From the NCBI GenBank assembly GCA_045837725.1, contig JBEWZL010000300.1, forward strand, positions 496,001 through 560,000: 64,000 bases of DNA, written 5' to 3'. A model generated the notes under the pieces. It was not told the origin of the DNA. It made no database searches and was given only the letters and a program-made list of their open reading frames with translations. The DNA comes from Vermamoeba vermiformis (lineage: Eukaryota). The position numbers and the translations under genes were made by a program. Positions 25,754 to 36,541 of this stretch are shown piece by piece (within the stretch, counting starts at the first letter, position 1; each line of letters opens with the position of its first letter).

Positions 25754-28700
25754 TTATTCAATAATCACGGTGGCTGTATCGGAGTCACCGAAATTGTCAA
25801 TTTTGTACATCTCTTCGACGTGACAGCTTGGCATCGTGTAGACTCCTATCGAACACATTATTAGTCGCTCAAATCATATCTAATATATCATAGTAGGGTC
25901 TTAAAATAGCAACATACCTTTACGAAGAGCGAGAGCCTTGTACGAGTATATATTTCGACCGTAAAAGTTGTCGGCAAACGCATCCACTCCATCAAGACGA
26001 ATATCAATGTGACTCCACGCACTTCAATAGTATGTATAGCGTTAGTATTGATTATAACTGGATGATTAGTGTTTTTACTAACCTTGATCCGGACCTATAA
26101 TAACGGTGTTCACTGCGCAATTTTTCAAGAGGCTGTTTTACGCGAATAGGTTAGCAATCGAATATAACAATACGAGTGTTATTAATATGATAGTACCTCG
26201 AGACCGGCAGCTACAGGGTCCTGAACAGCAAAGAACTTGGTGGTGTCGTAATGAATGTCCTGTACAATCACTTCAACTGCGACATGTGCGCCGTGTTTGA
26301 CACGATACACGGTGCGACCGTCTTTTTGTTCCACTTTGACGTCGTTTGGATTTTCAATGCCGTACAATCGTCGATCGATGGTGTATCTGTCCTTGAGTGG
26401 TTTCTCACCGACCTTTGAATCGAGCTTTAATTGCGCGCTGTACCACACTGGAGCACCGGTCTGTAGTACCAACACATTAGTTATTTGTCGCAAGCAATAG
26501 GTTCTGTTACGCACCAGCTGCAAAGTTAATTGCGGCAAAGACTTGATGTCGACAGACGGGTCGATGCGAGCTTTCAGTGAAGAGGTACCAGGGATCAACT
26601 CGCCAAGGTAACGCTTGCCGAGCCACACTTTGACCTTGTACTCGCCACCAATGTCTTTCTCGACCTTTTCGTAGTACTGCGCGAGTGCAATCAAGCTCCA
26701 CATGTTGGCGTTAGTGTGGTACCAGTGACCGTTCACTCGGTTGTTCAACAACTCGCCCGTAGTTCGAGTCAGCAAGTCAGCATCTGTATCAGACAGTAAG
26801 CGATGCTAATTCATTCATATTTGTTCGTACCTTTGAACGTGTCCTTGTTCTCGAGCAGGGCAAGAATGGTCAAACTGCACAACTTTGGAGTGTTGCACAG
26901 CATGGACCAGGTGCTGTCACCTTCCTCGGTGTCTGACAAAGCTGAAGAAATGGACTTTTGAACTTTCTTGGCCTATTCGATATATAGATCCTCGTAAGTC
27001 ACAGTCGAAAATTAATAGGATGGGCGAACGTACCAAAGTGTCAATGAGTTTGGTCTCAGGAATTGACGCAAAGAACGCGAGTGCCTGTGAATGTTAGTTG
27101 GGACCAGACTAACGTTAATTTAATGGCAGTTGACTTACCAAGACGCTTTTGGCTGATTTGCCCAGTGTTTTAATCTTTTCAACAAGCTCCTTGGTCAATC
27201 CATCCTTCATCAAGTGCAAAACGTACGCGGCGTATCCCACTTCAACGGTGTCTTTTTTGGCGTTCTCGACGATGTCCTTCACGTACTCTTTGCAGTTGTA
27301 CAAGAGAGCGCTTGACACTTCAAACCTCGCTACAAAGAATACCGTCAGCACGAAAAGAGGTGCCAGAATGAGATTGGATTCGTACCTGATTTTGCCAAGG
27401 CCAACGCATGGGCCACTTGAACATTGACGTATGAATAGTCGTTGTGGCCGCTGCTCCAATACGCGAACCTGCCGTTGCCCATATGACGCAAACTCAGCGC
27501 CCTCACGTAGTCCTTGATATTCGCGTTGATCTCGTGGGCCGATTTTTGATTGGGAGTGCGCACGAATGAGCCTAAGGTCAAGTACGGCAAGGCTACGAGC
27601 AATTGTGAAGACATTTGTTCGCTGCACAGGTGACGATAGTCGCCAAGGTACGTCAAGGCATCTGATCGAGATTTAAATTTCCATATTAGGAAATGTGAAA
27701 GATATGTTGTTGTACGTACCGACACCTTGAGACAAGATCGATGGTGAAATATTGATGTTGATTTCACCAGTGCCAAGAATGTGCTCGTTAATGCTGATCG
27801 TATGAGCACCTGTCTCGTTCTTTTTGTCAAATCTGCCGAAGACGCTTCTTCGCACGCTGAGCGATTTGACTCTGACTGGGAATTCAATTGCGTCACTACG
27901 CTCAACTTCACCACTCGCCCTGCCCACAGCAACGACCTGCAAAGATAAGTTAATGCTACGACACACTTAGACTAAGTCGTACTTGAATAGCGCCATCAAG
28001 GTACTCAGCAGCAGTCAAATCGAATTCGACTGAAGTGCTCGAATTAGCTTTTATCGTGCCGCTGAACCCGTGCGCACCAGTGACCGTCAATGACTTGGTT
28101 CTGGCAGCCACTTTGAAGTGAATGTCGTGTTCTTGTCTGTTGTAAAGTGTCACGGGGAACGATGTCTTGTCACCGATGCACAAGTGTCTGAGCACGAGCG
28201 TGCTGATCGAGAACGGCTTTGTCACATTGAACACGCTTTCTTGCTTCGAAGCAACTGTTGCTCCAATCGCGAGAGCGAAGATCTTGTAGCGCTTGAGCTC
28301 AGTCGGTGCCTCAAACTCAAAGCTCGTTGCCTTGCTGCCTTTAGTGACATTGACAGTCTTGAAAAAGGCAAGTGGTCCATTGCTCTTTCGCACGGTAATG
28401 GGCGTAGCTTCTTGTGTCGAAACAGAACCACCTCCACCGTCACCACGCAGTCTCAGAACAAGGTAGATTTTAGATCCAGGGAGCACGCCTTGGTCCTCCA
28501 ACGTCCTGCACGGCATTCGTAAGAAATAGTTGCCTCAGATTGGTTGTCAACAATTTCGTACCTGTCATCCATTAGCATCTTTCCAAAATAGATCAGACGT
28601 GCTTGGTCAGGTGGAATTCCGGATTGTTCTTCTAACGCTCTTTTTAGCTCCATCAACGTCATGTCTTTGTGCCAAGTAATGGGAACCTCTGAATAGAAGA

Positions 28701-31700
28701 GGTGAGTGTAATTCTTTGAATGAAGTCCTTGATCGGATACTCACGTCTGCCCGTCAAAGTTACGACATAAACTACTCGAGTTGCTGTCCAACCGCATTGT
28801 CGACTGGTGGATGGCACTGCACGGAGTATTATTAATAACACATTAACTCGAAGCCAAGAGTCGCAGTCTATTTTTTACCTGTGAGTGAAGTATGGGCCTT
28901 GTACTGCGTCTTTTTCTTGTTCAAGTATTCCATGGGGTGCTCCAGCTCATACTTGGCCAGCTTCAAAACAGCATCATCGACCGCCCAGACAGTCATTTTG
29001 ACGTCTTCGTTGAGTGGTTGATCAAACTCGCAAGTAACTTGGCTCTTCTCTGCAGGTCCCAGAAGCTTGTTGACGTTCACTGAAAACTTGACATCTCGAT
29101 CGGATCGAATATTCAAAGTGGTAGATCCAATGAGATTCAGGTGACTAAAAGAAGTTAGTGCATGTTCCGGTAGACTTTGGCTTACATTTCTTGCCCTTCA
29201 ACCGAAGCACCAAAGCCAATAATTGAGCAGTAGACTGAAGCTCTCGGGGCCAAGTTATTGTGAAGAGGAATATCGATGGAGAAGTCTCCATTGTCGTCCA
29301 AAGTTTTCGAGATCTTAAGCAATTCGTGTGCTTTGACGTACACATTACACAGTCCGCGTTTGAAATACGTTGGCAAGCCGGTAACTGTAACTTTGGCGAT
29401 CTCATTGGCAACGTACTCGTTCTTATCGAGAGTGACCACAACATTTGACTTCGGCGCCACGTCATTCGCAATACCGAACACTTCAGAGCGTGCTGATGTG
29501 ACGTCTAATAACCCAGTTAGTACTGTCGTTGCTTTGTAGCATGAGACTTACTTCCGTGACTATCGGAGACGTAGGCTTGAATGAAGTATTCTCCCGGTTG
29601 CAAAGCGACAGGAATAGATTCACCTCTGTGAACTTGCTTCACGAACTCCTTGACAACAGAAATCTTTTGGTGCACTTTGGACCAGACCTCAAAGTACACA
29701 TTGGCGCCGTCAACGATCGCATTGTTCTCGTCGATAACGATGGCTTCGAACGAAAAAGGAAACGCGGCGCTGAATACTTGGTCTCGCTTAATGTTAATAC
29801 CAACGGCAAGACCAACAGGGCGAAGATTGGCCACGTGATTTCCATTCAACCGCTCACCGTTCTTTAACTGAGTATCTGCCTTGTATTCAATCGACACGAG
29901 ACTGGTTGAGTTTTGGACATTGAACGATGATTTGATGCGCGATGAGCCTCCCAATTCAACGTTGATTTTCTAGCACTTGTTAGTGTCAAGTCAATCAATA
30001 GTATATATCAATGCTTACGGCCAATGGGTCGATGACAACAGAGGAGAAAGGCGCGGAGTAGAACAAAAATTCGGGGTACTCGGGTAAGGACATGGCATCG
30101 CTACGAAAGTGTTAAAGAGTGAAATTGTTATAAATAAATATTACCTCTTAACAACGAAGCTTCCAGTGGTTGTAGCGCCAGTTACATCATCGCCGATGAA
30201 GGATTTGACCTCCGTATCGATATTCACCGTCTTGCTGGAAATATCTTGAGAAGATGACACAAGCACCTATTATCCCATGTTAGAGCCGTAGTAAAAATGA
30301 TATGACCAGTGAAAAAAACTTACTTCGTTATCGGGAACTCTGAACTCCTTGATCGGGAACTTAATCTGATGACAAACTTCGTCGTCGTACAAGAAACTGA
30401 CTTCGCCACTAATACAAACGCAAGGGTTAATTCACCACGCATCAACTCCGGTGCTACTTACACTCCAGGGTAAGCCGAAGTAGGGACTTGAACCTCGAAG
30501 TCGAAGCTTGGCGAACTTGAAAAAAAGGTTAAAAATGAAACTTATATCGACACCTTAGCTTACCTTTTTGCATCAACAGCACCCTTTGATATTTCAGAAC
30601 CATGTCCGTCTTTCACTACGTATCTCAAGTTATGGCCGAGATAACCTCCCTCTGCAGTGCGAGCGAATCCAATGATGTGAGCCTTCTCGCCAGGTTGGTA
30701 TAATCCGCGGTCAGTAGTAGCGTACAGGTCAATTTTCTGCGCATTTCCTCCAGCTACTACCTCGGGAACGTTGAACACGGCCCAATCACCATTAGCCACG
30801 ACTTTAAAACTCGTCACTAGCTGCTGTTAGTACAAACTAATGGTGCGTGTGATAGTGTCTTACCATTAGCTGGGATAATTGGCTTATCTTTGACGGAAAC
30901 GAACTCGCCCTTCTCATTGGCGTACACGATTGTTGGGTTGCTAATAGGCTTCAAATCTTTAGTGTAAGCAGTGCTGAAACAAATAAACAGTTAGATGATA
31001 CGTAAAAATAACAAGTCGTAGTAAAACTAACTTACATTTCGATGCCGTTTTCGTGCGCAAAAGTGTCAACGATCCAATCTGTCTTTTGTACAAAAAATGT
31101 TGCTTGATTTGGAATAGTAATCGCTAACAGCCTAAAAACTCAACTTAGTATTCGTATCAAAATTTAATTTAACGTTTGTTACGCACTTTTGCTCGGGCGA
31201 GAAATACCGTTCCAAATCGATAGTGAAGATTTGCATCTCGTGATTCAGGTCAGGCAGCACAATGTCACCGCCACCAACACTAGCACCCACTTGCGGCACT
31301 AAGTGCTGATCAAACGAGGCGTTGCAAATCGAGTACTCGTACTTCAACGAGGCAGCAATCATTTGCAATGAGGGTGTAGCGACGTTAGTGATCTTTGCGT
31401 TGCCAGTAGGCATGCATAATATTCCTCGAAATTTCTTGTACTTGCGAGTATAATCGCTGCCGAGGATTGTTCCGTCAGCGCTCATCAAAGAACTCTTGAA
31501 AGTCACTTCAAACTCCATTTCCTTTTGTGGGACCTTAACGCAGATCTGATCACCTTGTACGATAATATCTTCAACGTCAGTAGTCACGCGGATATAATCC
31601 TTGATGGTCGCAACGCATTCGGGGTGAATTGGGGTGGAGAATTGAAAACACGGGTTTGTGTTGATCGGGATGTGGAACCATTGCAAAGGTCGAATAGTGA

Positions 31701-33169
31701 ACGTGGAAGTAATCTATAATATCCTGATTAGAACGATCTATATCGAAACAGAAAAGTAGTCTTACGGAAGTGCTCCGCTTGATGCCTTTTGATGGCAAGG
31801 GTCCTTCGTCGGAGTGACTTCCGGAGTCCAAGATGAACGTCAGTTCTGGACTGCTGAGCGGCCATTTCTCAGGCTGTAAGAACAACACGCTCACTCCGCT
31901 TTCTTTAGCTTTTTCATACGCAGCGATGATTGACGGAGTTTTGTACAGGGTTTTGATGTCTTCAGTTGGAGTGTATGGCTTCATCGCGACATCTACACAA
32001 TAAATCGGAATCTTGCTCTTAATTCGCTGGTTGAATATAACCATGACAACGGGACTCATCGTGGTCTCAATATGCCTGTTAAGCAAAGTCTTAGCTCGGG
32101 TCGGATGTGACGCCTCTCAAGATCTTTTCGAGACTTACACGGAGTCAATATTCACGACTGCAGTCGAAAAAGTGAATTCTTTTTTCGGTTGTTCTTTTGT
32201 TCCATCTTCAAGGACGATTGAACCCAGGGACAGCTTGAACTCGGTAGATCCAGGGAATCGATTGGCACTGTAGATCACTCGGGTTGGACTCACCCATATC
32301 CACTATCATGTAATATTATTGTTAATACGAAGGAGTAGTTAATGTTTTGACGCTACCTTTCCTTCGGGCAGTTCCGGTTTGGATTTGACATGGAAGTCCA
32401 TTTGTTGGACGGGCTGATTAAACTCAAAAGCCAGAAATTGTTTTCCAGCTCCATAGTCTAAGAATGAGTCGTATATTCGCAGAGGCTTTTGAGACTTTTG
32501 CACTTTGCCCTTTGAACTCTTGCCGGATTCGCTCCGCAAAATATTTTCTACCGTAGGAAGCGGTGCTGCATCATTAGAAATCTTAGATTGCGCGCCTTCC
32601 ATTTGAGGTAATCGGTTGAGCAGCGCTGTACATTCTTCAGAACTCAATTCTTCATGCTAGTCAACGTCTTAGTCGTGGATCGAAAAAAATTGGTTTCGAA
32701 TTAATACCAGCACTTACCTTTGTAGTAGCGTCTAAATCTTGTCCTACTGATTCGTGTTTTACGCTCAAAATAGCACCGTTACGGCAAACAAGGTCACCAC
32801 TGACACCGATCGAGTTTAATTTTAGATATTTTGAAGTTGAGTTGCTCAAAAATATTACTTACGCTTGAAGAGAGTAGACACTTGCGCGGTAATACTAAAG
32901 ATACGCAAAGATTAATTCCGTTAAAAGGATCCACAAGAAAAAAATAAATTATTGAAATTTAATTTTACCTTAAACGTCATTGATGCGTATGCTGATATAT
33001 CGATTTTGTCGATAAGGTCTTGGTTAAGCAAAAATATATCGTCAGTTTTGAAGACCTCACGAAGCTTCTGCTGAATCCGATCGCATGTTGGGCTGGAATT
33101 CAGAGTAACAGTCTTCGGCTCGGAGAGTCCCGATGCAGTGATCTCCTGCACTGATATATTAGTGGTCAT
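25754..33169 (-). CDS. Bacterial-type alpha-2-macroglobulin (thioester protein) with a ubiquitin-like domain in the bait region; multi-exon
   Basis: YATTDRGLYQPGEKAHIIGFAR (MG2-type); MTVWAVDDAVLKL...HPMEYL (pre-bait); VRKSNGPLAFF...APTELKRYKIFALA...KPFSISTLVLRHLCIGDKTSFPVTLYN (post-bait MG); YLGDYRHLCSEQMSS (thioester, CSEQ at 27615-27626); GNGRFAYW; WYHTNANMWSLIAL; C-terminal VQDPVAAGLE...YSYKALALRKGVYTMP...EEMY...FG. Junctions around the bait and thioester exons were checked in frame. Confidence 0.9.
28439..28778 (-). other. Ubiquitin-like domain (76 aa, 3 exons) embedded in the alpha-2-macroglobulin
   Basis: Removing introns 28689-28744 and 28506-28561 gives RVVYVVTLTGRQVPITWHKDMTLMELKRALEEQSGIPPDQARLIYFGKMLMDDRTLEDQGVLPGSKIYLVLRLRGD, which aligns without gaps to ubiquitin (32/76 identical by hand count). 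Confidence 0.93.
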
Positions 33170-33444
33170 TGTGTTGTTTGATTGATCATAATAAATAAAA
33201 ATCCGGTTGTAATTTAAAGCCGTTAGAAGACCGTGACTAACGTGGAAATTTCTCGTGTGAGTGACACGTCAGGCCTTTCCTTCGAACCTTCTATAAAAAT
33301 ATCTTAGATTAGATCAATTTAAGTGTTTCTAGAAGCGCTTCTTGGCTTGCGAGTGGAGAATTTTTTCGGCGCCGAGTTATTTTGGGTTCAGAATCGAATA
33401 TCATTTCAATAGTCGGCAACAACCAAGCATTCTATAATATTATA

Positions 33445-34455
33445 ATGGCCAATCATATGATTCAACTTACGCAGCTGCCTCAGTCAGCAGAAGAGTTCGA
33501 AGCAATGCGGAACCAAATGGCAACCACCCCGCAAGGAGGCGCTGCCATGTTCGTGCTTGCCATGGTTGGTACGTGCATTTTATCTAAATATGAAGTATTA
33601 AAGTATGAAACGGGCTTCGGTTCTGGTTAAAGTAATTCGGCCGTTAAGTTTCTTAAGAACGAGCTCCAATAATTTCAAAATATTAGGATTAATTATATTT
33701 CTATCTAGTTTACAGCCAAACCCGCGATCTGGGCCTTCAATGCCTGCTTTTGATGACGGATCAAGCGAATATTACTCAGGACAACGGTGCTGGGTCGTAC
33801 AAAGGTTATCGATTGAATAGCTCGAAAATTAACGATTGGGATAGCCGATTGGGAGGTGCTGTAAGTATATAATTCAGCATTAAACGTAGAAAATTTGGAA
33901 TTCCGGTTCGGCGTTAGCGATCAGGTCCAAAAATGCTTAGACCTTAAATTTGACATTAATACTCTCCAATCCTCGAATGATATAATAGTATCTATCAGAT
34001 ATTACGTACCTAGGACTTAACTCAATTTACTGTCGCTATTTTTACTGCAACTGCTTTAAATTTAATTAACGATACTCAACGTATTATTAATACCTGTTTT
34101 GCACAGAACACTCATATTGCTCGTACTTACATTTTGGGCACGAGCAACGTTAACAACTACGTCTTGCCTGCCATCCCCTGGACTGTCGAGATCGAGATCG
34201 GTAAAAACAAGTACGCACCTGTCACTGATACACAAGCCAAACTATTCATTCGCTGCACTGGTGCCGATACTATGAGGTATGTATCTTTTTCTCTATTGAA
34301 GCGACATGAGCATTTCGAAAAGTAAATCCAATTTTGTACTTACTTGGTACAGACCAATGACGTTGCACAAGAATGACAAAGGCATTTGGAAGGCTCAGGA
34401 ATGGTCGTCGTTGCAGGTTGGTGTTAAAGGTCCTCCCGCCATCGATCCGTTGTAA
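33445..34455 (+). CDS. DUF6935-like protein of bacterial type, 4 exons
   Basis: Spliced: LPQSAEEFEAMRNQMATTPQGGAAMFVLAM...Y...GLQCL...IARTYILGTSNVNNYVLP...KLFIRCTGADTMRPMTLHKNDKGIWKAQEWSSLQVGVKGP. The pattern matches a bacterial family as I recall it (GADSPRP...W...SSL.VG). Confidence 0.65.
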
Positions 34456-34543
34456 GGTACGAGAAGATGCAGATCAGCTAACTTACACTTTATTATCCGA
34501 CCTGATAAATGCGCTTATTGCACATAATACGGAATTAACAGTA

Positions 34544-36030
<1,487 letters not shown>

Positions 36031-36541
36031 GGCGATAGCAAATGTTTCCTCGTAGAATGAGTTAAATGATATAAAGCACTGCCTCTAATACGTGACGTGC
36101 TATTGTAAGCAGTTGTGAGCTAAATACATTTAAATAAATAAATAAAACGAAACAAGAAATAAAATCGGGTTCACAACCGAGAAAACTCGCTTGTGCTCGG
36201 GTGGATACTTTCATTTAACAGCAATCTTGTTCGAAAGTTAACATACTTCAATATTAATATTGATATTCGATTACGACTTTTTAATTCCGTGACTAAAAAG
36301 GAGATCGAGAATTTGATTTTGAGCAGGCTGCAAACGCCATATAGTAAACATATTATTGATGGTAGTCAAATTATGATTGACTGTATTGTGTTGCCGGTTG
36401 ATGTACGGGAGTTGAAATAAACAAAAATTAATTTTACATTCGTGTTGTTCGCTCTAAAGCACCTAGCACGTCTAATAATAATTGAAACCTTTATATTTAT
36501 TTGTATTCGTGCAAATTGGTGGCTAAATATCGAGTACAACC

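Noticed and set aside
28439-28778. Free ubiquitin/NEDD8 gene or retrocopy nested in an intron
   Set aside because: It has no start or stop of its own, lacks the terminal GG, and is continuous in frame with A2M sequence on both sides.
25754-34455. Bacterial contaminant contig
   Set aside because: Both bacterial-like genes have many spliceosomal introns of host type and are flanked by cortexillin and ERK7 genes.
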